DNA of 43,595 bases, from positions 1 through 43,595 of the IMG/VR virus record IMGVR_UViG_3300010158_005116; one strand, written 5' to 3'. The notes beneath the pieces are model-generated. The model was not told where the DNA came from. It did no database searches and was given only the letters and a program-made list of their open reading frames with translations. Shown in pieces: positions 27,033-35,482 of this stretch (position 1 is its first letter; each line of letters begins with the position of its first letter). Origin of the DNA: a virus. Taxonomy: Duplodnaviria > Caudoviricetes. Position numbers and translations under genes: made by a program.

Positions 27033-27040
27033 AAAAATAA

Positions 27041-27046
27041 GTGTAA
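27041..27046 (+). promoter_or_regulatory. GTGTAA motif 9 nt upstream of the GIY-YIG endonuclease ATG
   Basis: gtgtaa-atatgttga-ATG(27056), within a 23-nt divergent intergenic gap. Confidence 0.55.
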
Positions 27047-27055
27047 ATATGTTGA

Positions 27056-27907
27056 ATGAATAATATAATAGATCTATTTGGAGAAGTCAATGAAATTAAC
27101 ACATTATCAGAAAAAACTTACTCCTCTTTTCCTTTAAGAGACTTTAACCAAGTATCCGAGATTAGAAATTTTCTTAATTTAAATGGTGGTATTTATTGCT
27201 GGGTAGACCAAAGATCTAAAAAAATATATATAGGAAGCGCAAAAAACCTATGGAATAGATTTAGAGTGTATAAAAACTTCTTTTTTTATGGGAAGTCGAA
27301 TAGGATTAATAAAAAATTAGCAGCATTTAGCAAAAAATATGGATTTGCTGATATTAAATTTTATATACTCGAAATATTCAATGGCAAAGATGAAGATCTT
27401 AGAGCTTTAGAGCAAAAATATTTAAACGAATGCTCCCCATTTGGGCAAAGCGGATTTAATATATCAAAGAGTACAATAAAATATAAAAAGAGCCTTTTGC
27501 ATGAAGATACTATAAAAAAAATAAAAGAAGCAAATACTGGAGAAAACTCTTCTAATGCTAAATTAGATAATAAAAAAGTTTTATATATAAAAAATAAACT
27601 TTCTGAAGGCGAGAGATTGGTAGATTTAGCGCGAGAATTTGGAGTATCAACAACGGTCATTAGTAATATTAAGAGGGGTTTAACATGGGGTCATATAAAA
27701 ACAAGCGCAGAAGTATCTTTAAAATTACAAGAGTTGATAAATAAGCACAAAAAATTGAACCTAAGCGAAGATTTGGTGAGAAAAATAAAGAAAGAAATAA
27801 ATTCTGGAAAAAAAATGACAGATATATCCATTAAGTATGGATTAGGATATACCTGTATTTCTGGATTAAAGTACGGTAGTTTTTACAAGTCAGTTACAAT
27901 TGAATAG
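27056..27907 (+). mobile_element. Free-standing GIY-YIG homing endonuclease between the split dnaE halves
   Basis: GGIYCW...KIYIGSAKNLWNRF, LEQKYL, GFNIS; C-terminal tandem HTH-like modules (NAKLD..KV..IK...LAREFGVS..VISNIKRG); antisense to the flanking genes. Confidence 0.9.
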
Positions 27908-29655
27908 TTATTTTTAATGATCTCTCGCAAAGGACGCATTATAAGATCTTCGCACAGTAACTTATGATCCAAAGAAACAGTGTGTGTTTTCCCGTCCTCA
28001 AAGACCACTTCATAAAGCTCTTTTTCGCTTCTCATTACATCTAAAACTTCGACAAAATGGTTTGAATCTTGATCAATGTTGTAAGCTTTTACGAAATCTC
28101 CAACAGCAACATCCTTTAGGGGGATCTCTCCCTTTTTCCGCTCTATCACTTTGTCCTCTTCAAATGCGCATTTATTAAACGAATAATTTGCACTGTCTTC
28201 GGCCACCTTCCATAGAATATCTCCAATATCTGGATCTAGATTATTCTCTTTGATTTTGTCGGAGATCTTATCTTTCCAAGTAGCCATTTGGTCAACCTTT
28301 TTCTTACCGACAATACGACGGAGCTGTTCTGACTCATCTAGATTAAACCCAACCTTTACAGCCATTTTCATAAGCTGTTCTTGATAGAGCGGGATTCCAC
28401 CAGTATAAGCAAGAACATCATCAAAGAATGGATGGATGGATTGGAACTCTCCATTTCTAGCATAATCTGCATAACGATCCATGAAATCTAACGCGCCTGG
28501 TCTTGCAATGGCGACAACCGCAGACAACTGTTCAAGATTTTTGGGAGCTACTTTTTGGGCGACTCTGAAGTTTGTATCTGCTTCAATCTGAAATAAACCG
28601 CTGGGACTTTTAAGAACTTGTAATGCTGCGTAAATTGATTCGTGATCGCAGTCGATATCATTGACGTTAATGCCAAGAGTTTTGCAAACGTCATTGACAA
28701 CAGATAGCGTTCTCAATCCAAGGATATCGAATTTGACCATCAACTCAGAAACATTATTCATATCATAGCCAGAGATCAACGCACCGTCTCCCGTAGTCTG
28801 GATAGGCATAATATCTTCAAGAGAATAAAAGCTGATTGCAATGCCCGAAGGATGAACGCCAGTGTTCTTTGTTAGCCCTTCGATTTTTTTAGATATGCGA
28901 TAAATCTTCTTGTTGGCATTGGCAAACTCTCTAAATGCATCGTTCTCTTTATACGCATCTTGAAGTTTTAACACTTTGCCAAATTTCTTTGGGATCATAT
29001 CGCTAATTTCATTCACAGAAGTTTCAGACATTTCCCCGACAATCTTGCCGCACTCTTTGACGCAGAGTTTACTGCTTAAAGTATTAAGGGTTAGAATCTT
29101 TGATGTTTTGCCATTGAATTTTTTATTGATATATTCAATGACTTCTATGCGTCGATCATAAGAGATGTCATTATCAATATCCGCCAGCAGAGAACCATCT
29201 AAGAATGTTTCGCCATTATCTTCGATTTTTCTTGCACGGCTCTTAGACACAAATCTTTCGAAAAATAAATCGTACTTAATTGGGTCTATGTTTGTTACGC
29301 CAATGGTGTAAAGAACCAATGACCCCGCTGCCGATCCACGACCTGCGCCTGTAGGGATGCCGCTTTCATGACAAAACCGAAGAATATCCCAGTTTAAGAG
29401 AATATAATCAACAAATCCCAACTCATTAAGAACTCCTAATTCCACAGAAAGGCGATCATAGTATTCTTTCTTGTTATTGAACTTGTCGATGCCTTTGGAC
29501 TTGACTCCATGAAAGCATAGATTTCTCAAGAAGTCGAAATTAGATACATCATGTTTGCATCCGATAGATTCATAATCCTGCTTTTCTATTTTAATTTCGG
29601 GGAGTTTAACGCCCGCAGGAAATGGATTCTTGTATTGTGTGAAATTAGATTTCAA
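27883..29655 (-). CDS. dnaE: DNA polymerase III alpha catalytic part (no PHP domain) ending in split-intein N-fragment
   Basis: GAGRGSAAGSLV, LFFERF, ADIDND, GVHPSG, KFDILGL, GLFQIE, ARPG, LYQEQLM, then NYSFNK|C. Confidence 0.94.
   Translation of the reverse strand: MKSNFTQYKNPFPAGVKLPEIKIEKQDYESIGCKHDVSNFDFLRNLCFHGVKSKGIDKFNNKKEYYDRLSVELGVLNELGFVDYILLNWDILRFCHESGIPTGAGRGSAAGSLVLYTIGVTNIDPIKYDLFFERFVSKSRARKIEDNGETFLDGSLLADIDNDISYDRRIEVIEYINKKFNGKTSKILTLNTLSSKLCVKECGKIVGEMSETSVNEISDMIPKKFGKVLKLQDAYKENDAFREFANANKKIYRISKKIEGLTKNTGVHPSGIAISFYSLEDIMPIQTTGDGALISGYDMNNVSELMVKFDILGLRTLSVVNDVCKTLGINVNDIDCDHESIYAALQVLKSPSGLFQIEADTNFRVAQKVAPKNLEQLSAVVAIARPGALDFMDRYADYARNGEFQSIHPFFDDVLAYTGGIPLYQEQLMKMAVKVGFNLDESEQLRRIVGKKKVDQMATWKDKISDKIKENNLDPDIGDILWKVAEDSANYSFNKCAFEEDKVIERKKGEIPLKDVAVGDFVKAYNIDQDSNHFVEVLDVMRSEKELYEVVFEDGKTHTVSLDHKLLCEDLIMRPLREIIKNNYSIVTDL
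27886..28170 (-). other. Split intein N-fragment (IntN, 95 aa)
   Basis: Begins Cys1 (CAFEEDKV...IPLKDVAVGDFV); block B TVSLDHKLL; ends at the stop codon with no block F/G. Confidence 0.92.
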
Positions 29656-30277
29656 TGTCGTATATTTGTTTGAGGAAAATTTGGAAATTAGTCTCTACGT
29701 CATAGAGTGCGGAATGTAAAAAGGCCGAATTATGAGCGATTCCATAGTGTTTGAGCAGCGTCGCTTGAGAAGTCTTTAGACCCTTTTCTTTATGATTTAG
29801 AAGTTTATACTGCCAAGATGTAAAGTTTTCTCTATCTGGAAGGATATTTTTAAAGATTGCTGTTGCTAGGGATTTTGTATCAATTACCCTGTCAATATAA
29901 GAATAATCTGTTTTTAGTCCCATCTCTTTCATCCAAACATTCAGCATATAAACATCAAATCCCAAAAGATTTTGCCCTACGATCAGATATGAAGGATCAT
30001 ACAAGATCTTTGCAAAATCTTCAAACACTTTTTGAGGATCTTCGGCTTTTCTCTCGTAATCTTGTCGAGAAAACCCAGTAATTTTAGCAGCGCCATCAGA
30101 GACGCTCAGGTCATCCCAGCGGATAAATCTGTCATTTTTTGAAGTAATATTTTTCCCTTCAGCAGTAATCCAAGCTATTTGCCAAGGGCGAGTTTTGACT
30201 AGGTTCAGGCCCTCAGTTTCGCAATCGTAAAACAAATACTTTTGGTTCTTCTTAAATCTTAACAATTCGGCTTTCAT
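29645..30277 (-). CDS. DEDDh 3'-5' exonuclease (DnaQ/epsilon-like proofreader)
   Basis: FYDCETEGL (ExoI), GQNLLGFDV (ExoII), HSALYDV (ExoIII). Confidence 0.9.
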   Translation of the reverse strand: MKAELLRFKKNQKYLFYDCETEGLNLVKTRPWQIAWITAEGKNITSKNDRFIRWDDLSVSDGAAKITGFSRQDYERKAEDPQKVFEDFAKILYDPSYLIVGQNLLGFDVYMLNVWMKEMGLKTDYSYIDRVIDTKSLATAIFKNILPDRENFTSWQYKLLNHKEKGLKTSQATLLKHYGIAHNSAFLHSALYDVETNFQIFLKQIYDIEI

Positions 30278-31058
30278 GGATCAATAATTTATTTTGCTTT
30301 CTTTCTAGAAAATCTTCACTTGCATCTTTATACAGTATATTGAGAAGAGAGTCAATGTATTCCTTATTTAATCTAGAATAGGAATAAAAAGTTTGTTTTG
30401 TTCTTTTATCTTTTTTGGGAGTAGATAATTTTATGCCGAAATCACAAAAATATTTTCTTAAAAAGATCAAAAACTTCTCATTTCCAACTATAGAAAAATT
30501 TAAATACTTTCCAGAATAGTAAAAACTGCCATCTCCATCTATATATCCTAAAATACAAGACCTCAAGTATTCTTTAGGGATTTGATCGAAAATAGTTTCA
30601 TCTATTAATAAAGTTTTATTTTCTATCAAGCCCAATTTTTTCAAGTCTAAAACAATTTTTTTTCGACAAATCATTAATCTTTTAATAGTTCTATCGTCGT
30701 ATAGAACTCCTGTATATCCAATTCTTTTGCAAAACTTTATGAGATGCTCTTCGTCTTTTTCATTCAGGGCTATTTGAAGTTTTTGATTATAAATATTACC
30801 GTCTGCGGCGATAAAGCCGAACCAATAAGCTTTTTCATGAGAATCTACCTGTTCAAAAAACGATTCATCACATTGATAGATATTATTATTGTAATCGTCT
30901 CTACTCCGACCACCAGTTCCCCTCTTTTTCAAGAGGTTTATAATAGTGCTTTTGCTAGAAGCGTATTTTTCTACACATCGTTTAATAGTGTATTTATTTT
31001 CATAATAATCATTTAACAAATCTTGAATTTCACTTTCTTTGAGAATTTTATATTTCAT
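30252..31058 (-). mobile_element. Free-standing LAGLIDADG homing endonuclease (two motifs)
   Basis: AYWFGFIAADG and ILGYIDGDG, plus FLERK. The ORF is open from 31100; the likely start is MKYKIL at 31058, preceded by ATGTAA-N8. Confidence 0.88.
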
Positions 31059-31080
31059 ATTAACCTTTACATTATGAAAC

Positions 31081-31830
31081 TCAAGGTGTGAAATTTTCAT
31101 ATTCTAAAAATGATTCCCAGCAAAATTCATTGCTTCCAAAGTGGTTTAAATTAGGCGAAGACAAAGTTGCTTGCCTCCCAAAAGAACGATTGCACAAAAT
31201 CTTATACGTCTGCAATGCTTCGCAATCATCGCGATATCTATAATAAATTGATTTGGTCAACTCAATATTAAATTGACCAGCGTTATAGTCTCGCACTGCT
31301 TTTTCAACTAAATTATCGAATGGCAAGCCATTATGTTCTACGAAAAAAGTTGGTTGAATTTTGCCAAAATTAGGAATGCAATTTCCTAAGTGAAGTTGAT
31401 TGTTAAAGATAAATGAATCGTAAAATGGAACGGCCAAAAACATATCATCTGTCCAGATATTCAATAGGTCTTCATTAGAAATTCGACCTTCACATTTAGT
31501 GTTGATGTATGTATAGAATTTATTTAGATCTTTACATCCTTGATCATTTTTTGCAAAAGCTATAAGCTTGTGATTGGATTCTTTGTTTTCTAAAGAATTG
31601 CAACAAGTAAATCTATAACCAAAGATCAATTGAATATCAAGCTCTTTGCAACGGCGATAAGCCTCAAAGAATCCAGACATAGAATCCTCTACTAAGTAGA
31701 GTTCTTTTTTCTTTGATTCAATTAAAATAGTGAAGATGCTATCCGATCCGTCATCCTTATCTTTTTCAGGATCAGATAGTGTTAGAATAGATTTGCCAAT
31801 CGAGTGACAGCTTTTAAACAAGGGAATCAT
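31081..31830 (-). CDS. Stand-alone PHP domain of DNA polymerase III alpha (probably degenerate)
   Basis: KSCHSIGKSIL, LVEDSMSGF, IQLIFGYRF, HKLIAFAKNDQGCKDL and SIYYRYRDD match the DnaE N-terminal PHP layout, with most metal-ligand His/Asp/Glu residues replaced. Confidence 0.78.
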   Translation of the reverse strand: MIPLFKSCHSIGKSILTLSDPEKDKDDGSDSIFTILIESKKKELYLVEDSMSGFFEAYRRCKELDIQLIFGYRFTCCNSLENKESNHKLIAFAKNDQGCKDLNKFYTYINTKCEGRISNEDLLNIWTDDMFLAVPFYDSFIFNNQLHLGNCIPNFGKIQPTFFVEHNGLPFDNLVEKAVRDYNAGQFNIELTKSIYYRYRDDCEALQTYKILCNRSFGRQATLSSPNLNHFGSNEFCWESFLEYENFTP

Positions 31831-31838
31831 ACTGCCAC

Positions 31839-31867
31839 AGCATATGCTATCCAGCGAGATATGTCAA
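31839..31867 (-). promoter_or_regulatory. Sigma70-like promoter TTGACA-N17-TATGCT, 8 nt before ATG 31830
   Basis: Read directly from the minus strand; heads the polymerase gene set. Confidence 0.7.
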
Positions 31868-32898
31868 TACTTTTTTCTTATCGCAGGGCACCCAGCGTAG
31901 TATTTCTTCTCAAAGGAGCATCCCTCTGGTACAAGACGCTCAGAGAATTCCTCTTCAGTATATGATTTAATTATTTTACCTTCTTTATTTAAAATTGTAT
32001 AATAATCAAAGTCAAATTTCATAGGACAGTGCCACATGACTGTTCCGTCCTTTTTTAATTGTCCTTTCTCTTTTGCAAACCCACATTGAAGAGGGCCGCT
32101 AAAAGAGTTGTCTGTTGGGAAGTTCATTTTTGCAGCAAAAGATCCTTGAGCATCAGCCTCAGAAAAATTGTCCAAATATTGTTGAATGGACGAGAGTTGA
32201 TATTCAAACCCATCGAGATCATCATCAGAAAGACCTTCCATTTTAATTGCTCCTTCGCTCTTAACAAGGTCATCATTTAAATCAAATTTAAGAAACAAAA
32301 ACTCACTTGAACGATTTTTGTATTCTGGATAAAGATGCCTAGCTGCAAGACTGTACATGTAATCTTGCAAATTATCAGACACTTCTTTGCCCTTGAATGT
32401 TGACTTGCTAGTTTTAAAGTCCCGAATAATTGCTGTTTTTGATCCTTTATACAAAAATAATTTATCAATAAACCCTTTGATTTTGTATTTTACATCATCA
32501 TTTGAAACTGAGATTTCAAAATCTTTTTCAGACAGAGCTTCGGTTGGTTTTGCCAATTTTTCACCATAGAAATCATACTCAAGACCATTCAAAGTCATGG
32601 CTTTGATCAACTCGATATTTTCTGCATTATTAACACCCAACTTATTAGCGTGTTTGAGAATGAGGCGTTCAACGCCTTTGTCAGCAAAGACGTCTTTTGC
32701 TTTTACTATTTTAGTGAATTTTTTGCGCCTACCTTTTTTACCAAGAACTTCAAAAACAAGATGGCAAACACTTCCGCGACGAGCGCCGTCATTAGAGGCA
32801 TCTGGAAGCATGAGTTTGTATTTTGAATAATACAACCAGCTACAAGATTGAGCCGTTTTTATTCTACTAGCAGATAGAGGCGTTATTGGCTCACTCAT
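31864..32898 (-). CDS. PD-(D/E)xK exonuclease, RecB/AddB/Cas4-like
   Basis: LSASRIKTAQSC, GSVCHLVFE, GFIDKL, IRDFKTSK, QDYMYSLA and C-terminal Cys residues; alternative start at 32907. Confidence 0.85.
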   Translation of the reverse strand: MSEPITPLSASRIKTAQSCSWLYYSKYKLMLPDASNDGARRGSVCHLVFEVLGKKGRRKKFTKIVKAKDVFADKGVERLILKHANKLGVNNAENIELIKAMTLNGLEYDFYGEKLAKPTEALSEKDFEISVSNDDVKYKIKGFIDKLFLYKGSKTAIIRDFKTSKSTFKGKEVSDNLQDYMYSLAARHLYPEYKNRSSEFLFLKFDLNDDLVKSEGAIKMEGLSDDDLDGFEYQLSSIQQYLDNFSEADAQGSFAAKMNFPTDNSFSGPLQCGFAKEKGQLKKDGTVMWHCPMKFDFDYYTILNKEGKIIKSYTEEEFSERLVPEGCSFEKKYYAGCPAIRKKY

Positions 32899-33970
32899 GA
32901 TTTTCAAGTGTTTTTAACAGTGAAGAAACTTCCTTGCTTTTAAATAAAGTTGTGTTCTTAGAGAGGTAATCTTTTAGATGTTTTTCATTTTGCGATTTGT
33001 CAGCAGTATCGAGATACCACTCTTTAAGATCGCACCCATTTTGATGAGCTTCGGAAAAATCATTATATGGATGCGGCGGAAGTTTAATTTCCAAAGTATT
33101 AAAGTCAAAATAATTTCTAAGAGACATTAAGATTTTAATTGCCCCGTTGTATCCATGATTTTGCGCAGATTGAAAATCGTTGTTTGTGGCAATGATAATT
33201 CTCTCAACGGCAAAAGAGTTTAAATAGTTGATGATTGCGGGGCTGCATCCAATTCCGAAAGTGACGAGAGTATTCATGATGCCGCATTCGTGCAATGCCA
33301 TGCTGTCACCAATGCTCTCAACTAGAATTACCTCCCGTTTTTCTTTAATGATAGAATCTACTGATTTCTCGTTTGGCATATAGGCTGGGTAAATCCAATT
33401 TTTCTTTTTTCCAAGATGTTTCCATTTGGGGGCTTGCTCATTACTTTCATCAACTTTTCTACCACTGAATCCTATAATCTGCTTATGTTCATTGTAAATG
33501 GGAAAAACCATTCGTCTATACATTTTTCCAGCTCCAGCCAATCCTGTTTTATAGAATTTTAAAGTGTCTTCAGAGAATCCCTTTTTTGTATAAAACAAAT
33601 AATTGGGGAAAAGCTTTTGAAGTATTGATTCGGGATAAATTTCTTCCATTTCGATTGAGTCTTTTTTTACGTATGTGAATTGCTCGCCTTTGTTGAGAGA
33701 AGAGAGTATTTCTTTTAATTTTGAATGATCTGAATTTAGGGTGAGATAGAGCAGTCTTTCAAATGGCAGAGATTTGCCGCCATCTGTAGAATAATCAGTC
33801 CACACCCCACTATTCTTATACACCTTTAATGATGTTTGGTTGCCGCCTCCTCGATATAAAGCATTGGTTCTCCAATGATTGCCGAAATCAATAAGCGAAT
33901 AGCCAATATCTTCTAAAACGCCCTGAATTTGGCTAGGATCAATCGAAGTCTGGGATGGAGTCGTTGTCAT
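32891..33970 (-). CDS. dnaG: DnaG-like TOPRIM primase
   Basis: RRMVFPIYNEHKQIIGFSGR, PKWKH, VILVESIGD, IIIATNND; directly downstream of DnaB. Start taken at MTTTPS (33970). Confidence 0.8.
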   Translation of the reverse strand: MTTTPSQTSIDPSQIQGVLEDIGYSLIDFGNHWRTNALYRGGGNQTSLKVYKNSGVWTDYSTDGGKSLPFERLLYLTLNSDHSKLKEILSSLNKGEQFTYVKKDSIEMEEIYPESILQKLFPNYLFYTKKGFSEDTLKFYKTGLAGAGKMYRRMVFPIYNEHKQIIGFSGRKVDESNEQAPKWKHLGKKKNWIYPAYMPNEKSVDSIIKEKREVILVESIGDSMALHECGIMNTLVTFGIGCSPAIINYLNSFAVERIIIATNNDFQSAQNHGYNGAIKILMSLRNYFDFNTLEIKLPPHPYNDFSEAHQNGCDLKEWYLDTADKSQNEKHLKDYLSKNTTLFKSKEVSSLLKTLENHE

Positions 33971-35447
33971 TTTCTTCAAGTTCTGGTCCATTATCTGAGA
34001 ATCTAACGATATCGCGAAGATCTCCTCTTTCTGTAATTGCGAAATTCTTGAACTCAAGATTAACGAAATTCTTTCGAAGAGTGTCACCGACTCTAATTGG
34101 TTCAATTGCTCCAGCAATGTCTTCTCCCAAGTGGCGAGCTTTTACATTGATAAGTTTATGGGTGCCAAAAGTTCGACCTTCTGATTCGATTTCATCGGGA
34201 GTTTTATTTCGCAGGATAAACATATGAGAGCAGAATTGAATAATTCGATCTGATAATGATACGATACTTTCGTCATCAATAATATTTTGGGAGTTTCTAT
34301 TGGTGGTGATGCCGCTTCTGTTGGATTGAACAGATGTCACCATCGCAATAATAGGATTGCCTTCATGAAGGATTTCTTTCTGAACGCACTTCTTGAATTT
34401 ATCGACCATCTCACCAACAATCTGCCACTCATTTTTGCCAGCCATTGATTCAGAAGTTGTTTTAATATAGTCGAAAGAGAATACCATTCGATTTCCTCTA
34501 CCAACCTTAGCGTAGTAAAATCTTTTTAGAGTTTTAACCATAGAATCAACATCCATACCTGCGACATTATAATAGTAAAAACGCATCTTTTTAATCTTGG
34601 GCCAAGTATCGCGAATCTTATTGACAACATCAATACCAGCGTTTCTCCACTTGCCAGTTTCAATCAAATGCATCGGCACGCCAGAGACGGCCGCACACTG
34701 ACGCATCTGCAATTCTTCCTTGCTCATTTCGCCATTATCAAAGTGAAGGATTGGTATATCGTACTGAATGCCGACCTTTGTGGCATAATCCATACAAAAG
34801 GTTGTTTTACCAGACCCAGATCTGGCGACAATAACGGTAATATTTCCAGCTCTTAGCAACGATCCATAGAGTTCATTGACTTTCTTGTGTGGACCCATCA
34901 TGCCAAACTCCGTAGTGGGATTATTGCCCCTTTCTTCAACCATGAACTCCATATCATCATAAATGTTTTCTGGAGTATCATTGCCAATCTCATAAAGGTT
35001 AATTCTAGAGTTGTAGGCGTTGTCAGCTTGCTCAATAATATCAGAATAAGAAGCATCAGGTGGAGCAGCCTTCATGCGACGAGCAATCTCTTGAGCTGAC
35101 TCCAAGATTTCACGCCGAATAGTGAATTTCTTGAGTTCTTTAGCTGTTTTGAGTAGATTGCCCTTGGGAACTTTTCTAAGGGCTAGAGAGCGAATATAGT
35201 CAGCGGGATTGACCCTATCCTCAAAAGACAAGCCTAACGTATTTACTCTTTGGGCAATAATAATTTCATCTATCTGTTCTCCAGCATCTATAGACTGTTT
35301 GATGATGGTAAAGATCGTGCTGTGCAAGTTTGAATCATTGGAATAAAAGTCTTGGTAATTGATAAAATTAGAGACTTCAGAGTAACTCTCTGGTTCCTTG
35401 ATTAAGGCGGCGAGGAGTTGCTTCTCCAGTTCAAGATTATAGATCAT
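33939..35447 (-). CDS. dnaB: DnaB-like replicative helicase
   Basis: N-terminal LEKQLLAALI..., Walker A ARSGSGKT, NGEMS, FDYIK, SVQSNR, VKARH. Confidence 0.92.
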   Translation of the reverse strand: MIYNLELEKQLLAALIKEPESYSEVSNFINYQDFYSNDSNLHSTIFTIIKQSIDAGEQIDEIIIAQRVNTLGLSFEDRVNPADYIRSLALRKVPKGNLLKTAKELKKFTIRREILESAQEIARRMKAAPPDASYSDIIEQADNAYNSRINLYEIGNDTPENIYDDMEFMVEERGNNPTTEFGMMGPHKKVNELYGSLLRAGNITVIVARSGSGKTTFCMDYATKVGIQYDIPILHFDNGEMSKEELQMRQCAAVSGVPMHLIETGKWRNAGIDVVNKIRDTWPKIKKMRFYYYNVAGMDVDSMVKTLKRFYYAKVGRGNRMVFSFDYIKTTSESMAGKNEWQIVGEMVDKFKKCVQKEILHEGNPIIAMVTSVQSNRSGITTNRNSQNIIDDESIVSLSDRIIQFCSHMFILRNKTPDEIESEGRTFGTHKLINVKARHLGEDIAGAIEPIRVGDTLRKNFVNLEFKNFAITERGDLRDIVRFSDNGPELEENDNDSIPDFD

Positions 35448-35453
35448 GTAGAT

Positions 35454-35481
35454 ATTTTAGACAGGTTGCAACAAATGTCAA
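35454..35481 (-). promoter_or_regulatory. Sigma70-like promoter TTGACA-N16-TAAAAT, 6 nt before dnaB ATG
   Basis: Read directly from the minus strand in the 35-nt intergenic gap. Confidence 0.7.
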
Positions 35482-35482
35482 C

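Noticed and set aside
27033-27907. dnaE interruption as an intron or a pseudogene
   Set aside because: Both halves carry complementary intact intein motifs and catalytic residues, and the insert is fully occupied by an antisense ORF.
30252-31100. Group I intron or intein hosting the LAGLIDADG ORF
   Set aside because: The ORF overlaps or abuts both neighbours, leaving no non-coding flanks, and it has no intein splicing motifs.
31864-32898. Cas4-like nuclease as evidence of a CRISPR-Cas system
   Set aside because: No other cas genes or array are present; such nucleases are common in phage replication modules.
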